DNA from: Candidatus Latescibacterota bacterium | GTDB taxonomy: Bacteria; Latescibacterota; UBA2968; UBA8231 | NCBI GenBank assembly: GCA_965261395.1 | Contig: OZ253462.1 | Location: 5,568,001 to 5,632,000 of the forward strand | DNA length: 64,000 bases | Reading direction: 5' to 3' | Part shown: positions 12,581 to 23,026 of the stretch, piece by piece | Layout: each line of letters starts with the position of its first letter | Position numbering within the stretch: position 1 is the first letter of the stretch | Notes under the pieces: model-generated | Told to the model about the DNA's origin: nothing | Seen by the model: only the letters and a program-made list of their open reading frames with translations | Database searches by the model: none | Position numbers and translations under genes: made by a program

Positions 12581-14514
12581 GCCTCATCCTCGTCGCTCAA
12601 GGCGTGCACCGGTTCGCGGGCGAGAGACTCTCCGGCCAAGACTTGGTCGATCTCCGCGTCGTCGAGCACCTCGTACACGCGGAGGGCACGGGCCAAGGAG
12701 TGGAGCTTGTCCTCGTTTTCCCCGAGAATGCGCAGTGCGATTTCCTCGGCCTCCACCACTAGCTTGCGGATCTCGCGATCAACGGTTTGGGAGGTCTCCT
12801 CGCTCACGTGGGGGCTGCGGCCGAATTCCTTGCCGAGGAAGACCTCCGTGTCGCCGCCACCCAACGAAAGGGGGCCAAGCTTTTCGTTCATACCCCAATC
12901 ACAGACCATCGAACGGGCCAAGCGCGTCACTTGCTGGTAGTCACCTTGGGCCCCCGTCGAGCGCTCGGCAAAAACCAATTTCTCGGCAGCGCAACCGCCC
13001 AGCGCCGTGGCCAAGTGCGCCTTTAGCCGCGTCTCGGTCAGCGAACGCCGCTCGTCGGCCAGAAAGGAAACCATGCCCATAGCTTGCCCTCGCGGGATGA
13101 TGGTGGCCTTGCCAATGGTCGGGCCGCCTTTGATGCTCTTGGCGACTAAGGCATGGCCCGCTTCATGGTAGGCCGAAAGCCGCTGATCCTCTTCGGTCAG
13201 GACCATGCTACGGCGCTCGGCTCCGAGCATCACCTTGTCCTTAGCCGCCTCAAAGTCGCCCATGTCAACGGTCTTGTGATCGCGTCGCGAGGCCAGCAAG
13301 GCCGCTTCATTGACCAAGTTCTCCAAGTCAGCTCCGGAAAGCCCGGGCGTGCCCTGCGCCACCTTTTGCAAATCGACGTCCGGATTCAGCGGCACCTTGC
13401 GCACGTGGACCTTGAGGACGCCCTCCCGACCCCGGACATCGGGTAGGTCAACCACCACCCGGCGGTCGAAGCGACCGGGCCGCAAAAGCGCCGGGTCGAG
13501 TACGTCTGGGCGGTTGGTCGCGGCGATGAGAATGACGCCGTCGTTGGACTCGAAACCGTCCATTTCTACTAGCAGCTGGTTGAGGGTCTGCTCGCGCTCG
13601 TCATGGCCGCCGCCAATGCCCGCGCCTCGGTGGCGGCCCACCGCGTCGATCTCATCGACGAAGATTAAGCACGGAGCACTGGCCTTGCCCTGTTCAAAGA
13701 GGTCGCGCACGCGCGAAGCTCCGACGCCGACGAACATCTCGACGAAATCCGAGCCGCTAATCGAAAAGAAGGGCACCCCCGCTTCGCCGGCCACCGCACG
13801 CGCCAAATGCGTCTTGCCCGTACCCGGCGGCCCGACCATTAAGACTCCCTTGGGAATCCGCCCGCCGAGGCGCTGGAACCGTTGAGGATCCTTGAGAAAT
13901 TCAATGATCTCCTCCAGTTCTTTCTTGGCCTCGTCGGCCCCGGCCACGTCGGCAAAGGTCGTTTTGCGCTTGTCTTCCATCAGGAGCTTGGCCCGGCTTT
14001 TGCCAAAGGAAAACAGCCCGCGTGCACCGCCCTGCATCTGCCGCAACATGAATACCCAGAAGGCGATAAACAGCAGCCACGGCAAAAAGCTGAAGAGGAA
14101 ATTGTACCATCGGAAGGGTTCTTCCTCAAAGCGAAAATCGATCCCTTGTTCCTCCCACTCGCGCTTGGTCTCCCCGTCTATTGGACCCAAGTTGACCACA
14201 AAGCGGGTCCGGTCCTGCAAGACGCCTTCGAACTCGCGCTCGCCGACGATGACCGCCTCGGCGATGCGGCCCTCCTCCAAGTATTGGCGGTATTCCTTGT
14301 AGGAAACGAGCTGGGGGTCGGAGGGTTTGCTACCAAAGAACTTAGCGGCGAAGATCATCACCAACACAAAGAAGAGCCAAAACGCCTGAGTCCGTGAGGG
14401 GCGGCGCCAGCGGCGCGGCCTGTCTTCGCCGTCGGCCTGCTGACGATCCGACCCGGGGTCGTCCCTAAAGCGCGTGGGTCGCTCCTCCTGGTCCTGCTTT
14501 TTTCGTCCCTCCAT
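12577..14514 (-). CDS. ftsH: ATP-dependent zinc metalloprotease FtsH
   Basis: Two TM segments, [17 protein letters not shown] motif [19 protein letters not shown] and HEAGH. Confidence 0.98.
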   Translation of the reverse strand: MEGRKKQDQEERPTRFRDDPGSDRQQADGEDRPRRWRRPSRTQAFWLFFVLVMIFAAKFFGSKPSDPQLVSYKEYRQYLEEGRIAEAVIVGEREFEGVLQDRTRFVVNLGPIDGETKREWEEQGIDFRFEEEPFRWYNFLFSFLPWLLFIAFWVFMLRQMQGGARGLFSFGKSRAKLLMEDKRKTTFADVAGADEAKKELEEIIEFLKDPQRFQRLGGRIPKGVLMVGPPGTGKTHLARAVAGEAGVPFFSISGSDFVEMFVGVGASRVRDLFEQGKASAPCLIFVDEIDAVGRHRGAGIGGGHDEREQTLNQLLVEMDGFESNDGVILIAATNRPDVLDPALLRPGRFDRRVVVDLPDVRGREGVLKVHVRKVPLNPDVDLQKVAQGTPGLSGADLENLVNEAALLASRRDHKTVDMGDFEAAKDKVMLGAERRSMVLTEEDQRLSAYHEAGHALVAKSIKGGPTIGKATIIPRGQAMGMVSFLADERRSLTETRLKAHLATALGGCAAEKLVFAERSTGAQGDYQQVTRLARSMVCDWGMNEKLGPLSLGGGDTEVFLGKEFGRSPHVSEETSQTVDREIRKLVVEAEEIALRILGENEDKLHSLARALRVYEVLDDAEIDQVLAGESLAREPVHALSDEDEA

Positions 14515-14529
14515 GACAGATGCTCTAGG

Positions 14530-15918
14530 TCAATCGCCGTCCCAGCGCCTCAGCGTGCACAAGGCGATGCGGCTCGTAGTGGATTTTATTCTGAAGGCAT
14601 GACTAGAACGCAGAGGCGCGACCCAGGCTATTTCCTCTCCCCGGGTCAGCACCAGCACTTCGTCGCGCGAGATTTTCGGCCACTTGGCGTCGATGAGAAA
14701 GTCGCTCAGTTTTTTGTGCCCTTCCATGCCCTGCGGCTGGAAGCGATCGCCCGGCCGCAGGCTGCGCACTTGCACCCGCTCGCCGAGGCGATCCGCGTCT
14801 AAAGCCACCTGTGCGCCCCCTAGCTGGGCCTTGTCGAAGTGCTCCGGGGAGACGACTTGGACGCGAATTTTCACTCCGTGCTCTCTTAGCACTAGTGCTC
14901 CGGGTATGTCGAGACAACGCGCGACCGGCGGCCGCCGCCCATGGCGCAGGATATAACGCGTGCCACAGCCCTGCCCCATTAGCCCGGCCCCCAACACCTG
15001 CAGGCGCTTGTCGCCGGCCCCAATCCAGCTCCGCACTTGCTCAATGCGGACAAAATCAAAAGGGTTCTCTGTAGCGGCGAGGCCCTGGAGTACGGCGCGC
15101 AGCATGCGCCTTTGTACGGCTATATGATAAGCGAGAAGCTTAGTACTATCAAGGGTCACCTTGTCGTTACAACGCTCACAAATCACTGTATCTAAAGCCT
15201 CTTGGGTTAGCTCAGCGAGCAAGTCGTCTTCGGCCTTGAGAAGCGCGGCCGTGCGATTTAAAACTTCGGCGATCTTGGTATTATAGCTCTCCAACAAGGG
15301 CATTAGTTCCCCGCGCACCCGATTGCGCAAAAATCGCGGGTCGCGGTTGGATGGATCCTCTCGGTAGCGCAAGCCCCGCTGGCACGCGTATTTTTTAATC
15401 TCAGCGCGTCGCACGCGCAGCAGTGGCCGCAGATAGCGGCCCTCGCGCGCAATCTCCATCCCCCCTAAGCCGGTGGCACCACTGCCGCGCAACAGGCGCA
15501 TGATCACGGTCTCGGCTTGGTCGTCGGCATGGTGCCCCAAGGCGATGAATTCGGACCCGACCCGACTGGCTACTTGGTCGAGAAAGGCGTAGCGCTGCCG
15601 CCGACCTGCTTCCTCCAGCGACAGACCCTCGGTTCGGGCGCAAGCCCCCACGTCGCGCCGCTCTACCGAGCAGGGCAGCCCGCGCCGCTTCGCCCCATCG
15701 GCGACAAAGCGGCTGTCGGCCGCCGAATTCGGACGCAGCGCGTGATCTAAGTGCGCCACGTGCAACCGGTACCCTAAGCCATCCAAGACATCGAGCAGCA
15801 CGGTCGAATCGACGCCGCCTGACGCGGCGACGACTACACTAGCACCGGCCTGCAACCCTGCCTCCTGTAACACCTGCCGCACACTGGCGACTATGGCTTC
15901 CATGGCCGTCGCTCCCAT
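14530..15918 (-). CDS. tilS: tRNA(Ile)-lysidine synthetase
   Basis: SGGVDS PP-loop, GHHADDQAET, RPLL, EDPSN and RNRVR motifs; tilS-ftsH synteny. Confidence 0.95.
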   Translation of the reverse strand: MGATAMEAIVASVRQVLQEAGLQAGASVVVAASGGVDSTVLLDVLDGLGYRLHVAHLDHALRPNSAADSRFVADGAKRRGLPCSVERRDVGACARTEGLSLEEAGRRQRYAFLDQVASRVGSEFIALGHHADDQAETVIMRLLRGSGATGLGGMEIAREGRYLRPLLRVRRAEIKKYACQRGLRYREDPSNRDPRFLRNRVRGELMPLLESYNTKIAEVLNRTAALLKAEDDLLAELTQEALDTVICERCNDKVTLDSTKLLAYHIAVQRRMLRAVLQGLAATENPFDFVRIEQVRSWIGAGDKRLQVLGAGLMGQGCGTRYILRHGRRPPVARCLDIPGALVLREHGVKIRVQVVSPEHFDKAQLGGAQVALDADRLGERVQVRSLRPGDRFQPQGMEGHKKLSDFLIDAKWPKISRDEVLVLTRGEEIAWVAPLRSSHAFRIKSTTSRIALCTLRRWDGD

Positions 15919-15985
15919 CGTGCGAAAATAGAAAAATCCCCTGAATAAATAATGAAAAAGGGCAAATTAGACGAAGAGGTGCTCC

Positions 15986-16034
15986 TTGACAAATGAACTG
16001 ATGTGCAGTATATATAAGTTCAGGTTGCTGTTCA
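15986..16034 (+). promoter_or_regulatory. lexA promoter with candidate SOS box
   Basis: TTGACA (15986)-17 bp-TATATA. TGAAC-N4-GTGCA at 15994-16007 lies between -35 and -10; extra GTTCA half-sites at 16018 and 16030. Confidence 0.6.
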
Positions 16035-16061
16035 TCTTTCCTCCCCAATGGAGTCACACTC

Positions 16062-16688
16062 ATGCCCAAACCCCTAACTGAGCGCCAACAGGCGATTTAC
16101 GACTTCATCGCCAATGCCATTCGCTCCGGGGGCCCCCCCACCATCCGCGAGATTATGGATGTCTTTGACATCAACTCCACCAATGGCGTACGCACCACCT
16201 TGGAGACTTTAGAGAAAAAAGGCTACATCCGCCGCCGAGCGCGGCGCTCCCGGGGCATAGAGCTCGTCGATTTCGTCAAGCCTGCCTCCCTTCCCACCGA
16301 CCTGCGCGAAGTGCCCCTAATTGGCCGGGTCGCCGCAGGCACCCCCATCCTCGCGACCCAAAACATCGAGAACACGCTCAACGTCGATGCATCGCTCGTG
16401 CCCGCTTCGGGCGATGTCTTCGCGCTGCGCATCCACGGCGAGAGCATGTGCAACGCCGGGATTCTCGACGGTGACATCGTTATAGCCCGCCAGCAAGACC
16501 GCGCCGAGCGCGGCGATATCGTCGTCGCGCTGCTCGGCGACGAGGCCACGGTCAAGCGCTATGCTCCCGATCCCGACGGCATCCGGCTGCTGCCTGAAAA
16601 CGAGGCGTTCGACCCCATCGTCGTCCCGCCCGACGCCGACGGGTTCAGCATCGCCGGCAAAGTAGTAGGCCTCATGCGCCGCTTCTAG
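16062..16688 (+). CDS. lexA: SOS repressor LexA
   Basis: LTERQ...PPTIREI HTH, VAAG cleavage site, GESM (Ser) and ATVKR (Lys). Confidence 0.96.
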   Translation: MPKPLTERQQAIYDFIANAIRSGGPPTIREIMDVFDINSTNGVRTTLETLEKKGYIRRRARRSRGIELVDFVKPASLPTDLREVPLIGRVAAGTPILATQNIENTLNVDASLVPASGDVFALRIHGESMCNAGILDGDIVIARQQDRAERGDIVVALLGDEATVKRYAPDPDGIRLLPENEAFDPIVVPPDADGFSIAGKVVGLMRRF

Positions 16689-16699
16689 GGTGCGCTTAG

Positions 16700-18028
16700 G
16701 TGGATGCTGCTTTGCGGCGCGCTCATGCGCGCGCCATTTTTGACGCCGGGGTCGCTGCCGCCGATCCCGGCCGTTGCATCCACCAAACCCTCGCGGTCGC
16801 AGGCGATGAGTTGCGCTGTGGCCCGCTCCGCTTTCCCCTCGATACCATCTCCAGCCTGCGCCTAGTCGGCGCTGGCAAGGCCACCGCGGCCATGGCCGCG
16901 GCCGCTGAAGCGATCCTCGGCGACCGCATTGAGTGCGGGGCCATCAACACTAAGTACGGCCACGCGCGGCCATTGACGCGGGTAGAGACCTTTGAAGCCG
17001 GGCACCCGGTCCCGGACGAAGCCGGCGTGGCTGGTGCGCGCCGTCAGCTTGCGCTGCTAGCGAACTTGGCTCCCGACGCACTGGTCCTCGGCCTCTTCTC
17101 CGGCGGCGGCTCTGCCCTGCTGCCCGCCCCAGTCGAGGGCCTGACCCTCGCAGAAAAGCAAGAGACCACCCGCCTCCTGCTCGCCTGCGGCGCGACCATC
17201 GACGAAATCAACGCCCTGCGCAAACACCTCTCGGCCATCAAGGGCGGGCTGCTAGCCCGCGCGACTGCGCCCGCCCGCGTCGTCGCCCTCATGCTCTCGG
17301 ACGTCATCGGTGATCCCCTCGACACCATAGCCTCCGGCCCGACCCACCCCGACGCCACAACCTTTGGCGATTGCCTAGCGATCGTCGATCGCTACGACCT
17401 GCGCGGTCAGCTCCCCTCTCCAGTCCGTCAGCACCTCGAAGCCGGTGCCCGAGGGGAGCGGCCGGAAACCCCAAAACTCGGCGACCCCTGCTTTGCCCGC
17501 GCCGAGAGCTTAGTCATTGGCAACAGCCGCTTGGCCATCGACGCAGCCGCGCACAAAGCCAGCGCGCTCGGCTACGAGGTGCTCGTCCTCACCAGCCGCT
17601 TACAGGGCGAGGCGCGCCAAGCCGCGGCCGCGTTGGTCTCTATCGCCCAAGAAACTGCCGAAGCTGACCGTCCCATCGCCCGACCCGCCTGTCTAATCGC
17701 CGGCGGCGAGACGACCGTCACCTTGCGCAACAACGGCAAGGGCGGGCGCAACCAAGAATTGGCCTTAGCCGCGGCCCTGCAACTCGACGGTTGGCCCGCC
17801 ATCACTCTGCTCTCCGGCGGCACCGACGGCACCGACGGCCCCACCGATGCCGCCGGTGCCCTAGCCGACGGCCAGACCTTGAGCCGCGCCCTTGCCCAGG
17901 GTCTCGACGCCCGCGCCTTTCTCGATCGCCACGACTCCTATCCCTTCTTCGCGGCGTTGGACGACCTCGTCATCACGGGCCCTACGGGCACCAACGTCAT
18001 GGATCTGCAAATCGTCCTCATAGCCTGA
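16700..18028 (+). CDS. Glycerate 2-kinase (MOFRL family)
   Basis: GAGKA, GHPVPD, SGGGSAL, SDVIGD, GGETTV, GGRNQE, TDGTDG and GPTGTNVMD motifs. Confidence 0.92.
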   Translation: MDAALRRAHARAIFDAGVAAADPGRCIHQTLAVAGDELRCGPLRFPLDTISSLRLVGAGKATAAMAAAAEAILGDRIECGAINTKYGHARPLTRVETFEAGHPVPDEAGVAGARRQLALLANLAPDALVLGLFSGGGSALLPAPVEGLTLAEKQETTRLLLACGATIDEINALRKHLSAIKGGLLARATAPARVVALMLSDVIGDPLDTIASGPTHPDATTFGDCLAIVDRYDLRGQLPSPVRQHLEAGARGERPETPKLGDPCFARAESLVIGNSRLAIDAAAHKASALGYEVLVLTSRLQGEARQAAAALVSIAQETAEADRPIARPACLIAGGETTVTLRNNGKGGRNQELALAAALQLDGWPAITLLSGGTDGTDGPTDAAGALADGQTLSRALAQGLDARAFLDRHDSYPFFAALDDLVITGPTGTNVMDLQIVLIA

Positions 18029-18068
18029 AGATTCCCCACCCTTGCGGGCGATGATGCAGCGAGCCGAT

Positions 18069-18097
18069 TTGACACTCCGCCCCCCTTCCGCTAGCTT
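18069..18097 (+). promoter_or_regulatory. Sigma70-type promoter for the PorV-like/era/purD/fol/panC operon
   Basis: TTGACA-17 bp-TAGCTT; the same architecture occurs at 46097-46125. Confidence 0.55.
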
Positions 18098-18107
18098 TTT
18101 GTATCTC

Positions 18108-19034
18108 ATGCCCAAGAGCTTTCTTCCACTTACATTAGCCCTGTTGCTGACCGGGGCTGCACACGCTGCCTCGCGCTACGCTGGCGAGTTCCTCAGCTTG
18201 GGCGCGGGTGCCCGCGCTGCGGCCTTGGGCAGTGCCTATGTGGCCCTCGCGGATGACGCCACCGCGGGCTATTGGAATGCGGCTGGCCTATCCGCCCTCA
18301 GCGGTCGCCAAGCGCATCTGACGCATGCCGAGCGCTTCTCCGGCCTCATCCAGCGCGATTTTATCGCCGTCGCCCGGCCGGGTCGCCTCTTGCACGGCAT
18401 GGCCCTGAGCTTGGTCCGCATGGGCATTGGCGACATCCACTTTACCGAACTGCCGGATCCTCTGCAGCCTCCAAGCACCGACAACCGTCCTCGCATCGCC
18501 TCGACCGAGCAAAGCGCAGATTACGCCCTGTATCTGTCGGGCAGTCGCCGGCTCGGTACGCGCCTCTCCCTCGGGCTAAGCGCCAAGGCCATCTACCGCC
18601 AAGTCGCCTCCTTCAACGCCTACGGCTTCGGCCTCGACCTAGGCCTGCGCTACCAGTTGAGCCACCAGATCGCGTTGGCGGCTAACGTGCGCGACATTAC
18701 CACTACGCCCATCGTCTGGAATACGGACAGCACCGATCGCATCCAACCCTCGCTGCTATTGGGCGTAGCGTACGCCATACCCATTGCCGGGGGCCAAACC
18801 ACCGCCCTCCTAGCCACTCGCTCCGGCGGCGACACTGCGACCGCCGACGTCCCGCTCAACGCCGGCCTAGAATACCGCCACCATTATATCGCCCTGCGGG
18901 CTGGGTTGGAGGAGGGCCGTCAGTCCTTTGGGCTAGGGCTTACTCCACACCGCAGCCTCGACCTCGACCTCGCCTATTTGCAACACGATGCACTCGAAGC
19001 AACCTACCAGTTGTCCGCCGGCTTCCGCTTCTGA
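18108..19034 (+). CDS. PorV/PorQ-like (UPF0164/FadL-like) outer-membrane beta-barrel
   Basis: Signal peptide MPKSFLPLTLALLLTGAAHA, FLSLGAGARAAALGSAYVALADDATAGYWNAAGL and terminal aromatic GFRF. Confidence 0.75.
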   Translation: MPKSFLPLTLALLLTGAAHAASRYAGEFLSLGAGARAAALGSAYVALADDATAGYWNAAGLSALSGRQAHLTHAERFSGLIQRDFIAVARPGRLLHGMALSLVRMGIGDIHFTELPDPLQPPSTDNRPRIASTEQSADYALYLSGSRRLGTRLSLGLSAKAIYRQVASFNAYGFGLDLGLRYQLSHQIALAANVRDITTTPIVWNTDSTDRIQPSLLLGVAYAIPIAGGQTTALLATRSGGDTATADVPLNAGLEYRHHYIALRAGLEEGRQSFGLGLTPHRSLDLDLAYLQHDALEATYQLSAGFRF

Positions 19035-19914
19035 GCAACCCCGCGTCGGCTACGTAGCCCTAGCCGGTCGCCCCAACGCGGGTAAATCCACCCTCTTCAA
19101 CGCCTTCTTGGGCCAGCGGCTCTCCATCGTCACTGCCAAACCGCAGACGACTCGCAGCCGCATCCTCGGCATCCTCACCCGTCCGCAGAGCCAGATAATT
19201 TTCTTGGACACGCCGGGCTTGCTCGACGCCTCCTACAAGCTGCACGAGACCATGGCGAGCCAGATCGACCAAGCCGCCCGCCAAGCCGACCTAGTCTTGC
19301 TGCTGTTCGATGCCTCCCACCCCAAAGACCGCAGCGCACTGGTCAAGCACTTCTTAGAGCGCGCACGGGTACCTGTCTTGGCCGTGCTCAACAAGATTGA
19401 CCTAGTACAACCCGCCCAGCTAGACGCCTTGCAAAAAAGCCTCGTCGACGAGTTCGGTATCGCCAGCCCGATCCCGGTCTCCGCTCTGCGCGGCGACGGA
19501 CTCGGCAAATTGCTGTCGCGCCTAGAGGCCCAGCTACCCTGCGGCCCCAAGCTCTATCCGGACGATATGGTGGCCGAACAGCCCGAACGGTTTTTTGCCG
19601 CCGAGCGCATCCGCGAGGTAGCTTTTGAGCACCTTGAGGACGAGCTGCCCTACGCCATCAACATCCACATCGAGGAATTCCGCGAACGCCCAGGCCATAA
19701 AACCTACATTCGCGCCATTATCTACGTCGGACGCGAGAGCCAAAAGGGCATCGTTATCGGCAAGAAGGGCATGCGCCTGCGGTCCATCGGACGCCAAGCC
19801 CGCACCGCCTTAGAGGAACTACTCGACGCGCCCGTCTATGTAGAACTGTGGGTAAAAGTCCGCCCAGACTGGCGCAATAAAGAGCGCGATTTGCGGGAAT
19901 TCGGTTATCTCTGA
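18988..19914 (+). CDS. era: GTPase Era
   Basis: GRPNAGKST, QTTR, DTPG, NKID and KH domain SQKGIVIGKKG; start overlaps the upstream gene end. Confidence 0.96.
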   Translation: MHSKQPTSCPPASASEQPRVGYVALAGRPNAGKSTLFNAFLGQRLSIVTAKPQTTRSRILGILTRPQSQIIFLDTPGLLDASYKLHETMASQIDQAARQADLVLLLFDASHPKDRSALVKHFLERARVPVLAVLNKIDLVQPAQLDALQKSLVDEFGIASPIPVSALRGDGLGKLLSRLEAQLPCGPKLYPDDMVAEQPERFFAAERIREVAFEHLEDELPYAINIHIEEFRERPGHKTYIRAIIYVGRESQKGIVIGKKGMRLRSIGRQARTALEELLDAPVYVELWVKVRPDWRNKERDLREFGYL

Positions 19915-19927
19915 GCCTGAGAAAGGA

Positions 19928-21241
19928 ATGCCAATGAACGTCCTAGTCGTTGGCAAGGGGGGGCGCGAACACGCCCTCGTGTGGAAGCTGGCCCAGAGTC
20001 AGCGCATCGACAAACTCTACGTCGCCCCCGGCAATCCCGGCATGGCTGCCCTCGCTGAATGCGTCGATATCCGCGTCGATACGCCCGTGGCCGAACGCGA
20101 AAAACTCGCTGGCGAAATCGAGCGCCTAGTCGCCTTTGCCCACGAGCAGCAAATCGGGCTGACCGTCGTCGGTCCAGACGACGCCCTAGCCGGCGGTATC
20201 GTCGATCGCTTCCGCGCCAGCGGCCTGGCGATCTTCGGCCCCACTGAAGCCGCCGCCCGCATCGAAAGCAGCAAGGTCTTCGCCAAAGAACTGATGGAGC
20301 GCGTCGGCGTCCCCACTGCCCGGCACCAGAGCTTCACCGACAGCCAAGCCGCCAGCGCCTATATCCGCGCGCAGGGTGCCCCGATCGTGGTCAAGGCCAG
20401 CGGCCTAGCCGCCGGCAAGGGCGCGGTCGTCTGCCACAGTGTAGATCAAGCCCTCGCAGCAGCGCACGAAATGCTCGACGAAAACGTCTTAGGCGGGGCC
20501 GGCCACCAGATCGTCGTCGAGGAATACATGACCGGCGAGGAAGCCTCGCTCTTTGCAATCTGCGACGGCGAGCATTTTATCACCCTGACACCGGCTCAAG
20601 ACCACAAAGCCATCTACGACGGCGACCAAGGCCCCAATACCGGCGGCATGGGAGCCTACGCTCCAGCACCCGTGATGACGCCGGCCCTAGTGCGCGAAGC
20701 CGAGGAGCGCGTCATCCGGCCCGTGCTCGACGAAATGCGCCGACTGGGAACCCCGTACCAAGGAGTGCTTTACTGCGGGCTGATGTGTACCGAAGCCGGC
20801 GTCAAAGTCGTAGAGTTCAACGCCCGTTTCGGCGACCCCGAATGCCAGATTCTCATGCCCCTGCTCAAAACCGACCTCGTCGATTTGCTCTCCGCTGCCT
20901 GCGACGGTCGCTTAGACCAAGTGCAAGTCGAATGCGTTCCTGGGGCGGCCGTGTGCGTGGTCATGGCCTCGGACGGCTATCCGCAAGCCTATGACAAGGG
21001 CTTTGCGATCCGCGGCTTGGAGGCTTTTGCCGACCGCGACGACATCGTCGTCTTTCACGCTGGCACGGCCCAGCGCGAGGGTCGCTTCATTACGGATGGC
21101 GGTCGGGTGCTCGGCGTGACGGCCAAAGCCGCCGATATTCAAGCCGCCGTCGCCAAAGCCTATTCAGCGGTCGATCAGATCGCCTTCGACAACGCCTATT
21201 GCCGCCGCGACATCGCCTATCGAGCGTTGGTGTGCGCCTGA
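19928..21241 (+). CDS. purD: Phosphoribosylamine-glycine ligase
   Basis: GGREHAL, GLAAGKG, QDHK, GPNTGGMGAY, EFNARFGDPE and GGRVL motifs. Confidence 0.97.
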   Translation: MPMNVLVVGKGGREHALVWKLAQSQRIDKLYVAPGNPGMAALAECVDIRVDTPVAEREKLAGEIERLVAFAHEQQIGLTVVGPDDALAGGIVDRFRASGLAIFGPTEAAARIESSKVFAKELMERVGVPTARHQSFTDSQAASAYIRAQGAPIVVKASGLAAGKGAVVCHSVDQALAAAHEMLDENVLGGAGHQIVVEEYMTGEEASLFAICDGEHFITLTPAQDHKAIYDGDQGPNTGGMGAYAPAPVMTPALVREAEERVIRPVLDEMRRLGTPYQGVLYCGLMCTEAGVKVVEFNARFGDPECQILMPLLKTDLVDLLSAACDGRLDQVQVECVPGAAVCVVMASDGYPQAYDKGFAIRGLEAFADRDDIVVFHAGTAQREGRFITDGGRVLGVTAKAADIQAAVAKAYSAVDQIAFDNAYCRRDIAYRALVCA

Positions 21242-21250
21242 GTTTTTGCC

Positions 21251-21616
21251 ATGCCCAGCGACGTGCTCCGCCTGCGCAACATGCGCTTTTTTGCCTACCA
21301 CGGACTTTTCCCCGAAGAGACCGCGCTCGGACAGCACTACGAAGTTGATGTCGAACTCTACGGCGATTTTCGTCAGGCAGGGCGCAACGACGACATTGAC
21401 GCGGCGATCAACTATCCAGAGGTGTACGCGCTGGTGTCCGATGTAGTCACCGGCAAACCTTGCAAATTGGTCGAAGCCCTCGCCGAGCGCATCGCCGAGA
21501 AGGTCGGCACCCACTGCGCTCCGGTCGAACTCGTCGTCCGCGTGCGCAAACCCAATCCCCCGGTCGCCGCGCACTTCGACGGCATCGAAGTCGAGATACG
21601 CCGTTCCTATGCCTGA
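21251..21616 (+). CDS. folB: Dihydroneopterin aldolase
   Basis: FFAYHG...EE...GQ, INY, LVEALA and VRKP motifs. Confidence 0.93.
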   Translation: MPSDVLRLRNMRFFAYHGLFPEETALGQHYEVDVELYGDFRQAGRNDDIDAAINYPEVYALVSDVVTGKPCKLVEALAERIAEKVGTHCAPVELVVRVRKPNPPVAAHFDGIEVEIRRSYA

Positions 21617-22121
21617 GCGAGCCTACATCGCCATCGGCAGCAACCTCGGCGATCGCCGCGCATACCTCGAAGCCGGGATCAAAGAAGTCGCCGCACTCCC
21701 CAACACGCGCCTTGCGGCGGTCTCCCGTGCCTACGAAACCCGGCCACTAGGGCCGGTCGCGCAATCGGATTTCCTCAACGCCGTCTTTGCCATAGAAACC
21801 TCGCTCCCCCCCGAGCCGCTGCTGGCCGCTCTGCTGGCCGCCGAAAAAAAACACCAGCGGCAACGCCGCATTCACTGGGGGCCGCGCACCCTCGACCTCG
21901 ACCTGCTGCTCTATGGCGAGCGCGTCGTCGAGAGCGCGGATCTGACCCTGCCGCATCCGCGCATGAACGAGCGCGGCTTTGTGCTGATTCCCCTCTGCGA
22001 AATCGCTCCCGACCTGCACCATCCCATCACTGGCTTACCTTTCGCCACCCACCTCGCTGAACTCGCTGATATCGGGGACGCCAACGCCATCGGCCCTCTC
22101 GCCCTCCCCATCACCACATGA
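21609..22121 (+). CDS. folK: 2-amino-4-hydroxy-6-hydroxymethyldihydropteridine diphosphokinase
   Basis: IGSNLGD, FLNAV, WGPRTLDLDLL and LPHP motifs. Confidence 0.95.
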   Translation: MPERAYIAIGSNLGDRRAYLEAGIKEVAALPNTRLAAVSRAYETRPLGPVAQSDFLNAVFAIETSLPPEPLLAALLAAEKKHQRQRRIHWGPRTLDLDLLLYGERVVESADLTLPHPRMNERGFVLIPLCEIAPDLHHPITGLPFATHLAELADIGDANAIGPLALPITT

Positions 22122-23026
22122 AACGCATATACACAGTCGCGGAAATGCAGGATCAGTCCGACATTTGGCGCAGCGCGGACCTGTGCATCGGGCTGGTGCC
22201 GACGATGGGTTTTTTGCACGAGGGGCATCTCAGCTTGGTCGATCACAGCCTCGAAGCGGCTGACCGCACGGTCGTCAGCATCTTCGTCAACCCACTGCAA
22301 TTCGGGCCGCAAGAAGATTTCGCCATCTATCCGCGCGACATGGAGCGCGATCTCGACCTGCTATCCCACCGAGGGGTCGATGCGGTCTTCCATCCCCAAA
22401 CAGCGGAATTCTATCCCCCCGATTTCTCGACCTTCGTCGAAGTCGAAGAGCTAACCAAGGGCCTGTGCGGCCCCTTCCGCCCCGGGCACTTCCGCGGCGT
22501 CGTCACCGTAGTGACCAAGCTATTCACCGCCGTCAAACCACACCTAGCCGTCTTCGGCCAGAAAGACTACCAGCAGATAGCCGTCATTCGTCGGCTAGTG
22601 CGCGATTTGAACTTGGATTTGCGCGTCGAGGTTGCCCCTACCGTGCGCGAAGCAGACGGCTTAGCCATGAGTTCGCGCAACGTCCTTCTCAGCGCAGAAG
22701 AACGGCAGCGTGCATCGGCACTCTATGAAGCACTCACAATGGGCCGAGAACGGATCGAAAGGGGAGCAAGCGACGCCAGCCAAATCATCGCCGAGATGCG
22801 GGCGCACATCGAACGCGCACTCGACCCGCGCATTGACTACATTTCGATCGCCCACCCGGACACCCTCAAAGAAGTGGCCCATATCACCGGCCCGGTCGTC
22901 ATCGCCCTCGCCGTGCGCCTGTCCAACGTCCGGCTAATCGACAACATCGTCGCCGCGCCGGCCACTAGGCAGCCCACTCTTATAAAGGAGAACAAAACTC
23001 AATGGCTTCCAATATCGCCAAGGTAG
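22118..23026 (+). CDS. panC: Pantoate-beta-alanine ligase
   Basis: PTMGFLHEGH, SIFVNPLQF, RPGHF, FGQKDYQQ, AMSSRN and RLIDN motifs. Confidence 0.96.
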   Translation: MKRIYTVAEMQDQSDIWRSADLCIGLVPTMGFLHEGHLSLVDHSLEAADRTVVSIFVNPLQFGPQEDFAIYPRDMERDLDLLSHRGVDAVFHPQTAEFYPPDFSTFVEVEELTKGLCGPFRPGHFRGVVTVVTKLFTAVKPHLAVFGQKDYQQIAVIRRLVRDLNLDLRVEVAPTVREADGLAMSSRNVLLSAEERQRASALYEALTMGRERIERGASDASQIIAEMRAHIERALDPRIDYISIAHPDTLKEVAHITGPVVIALAVRLSNVRLIDNIVAAPATRQPTLIKENKTQWLPISPR

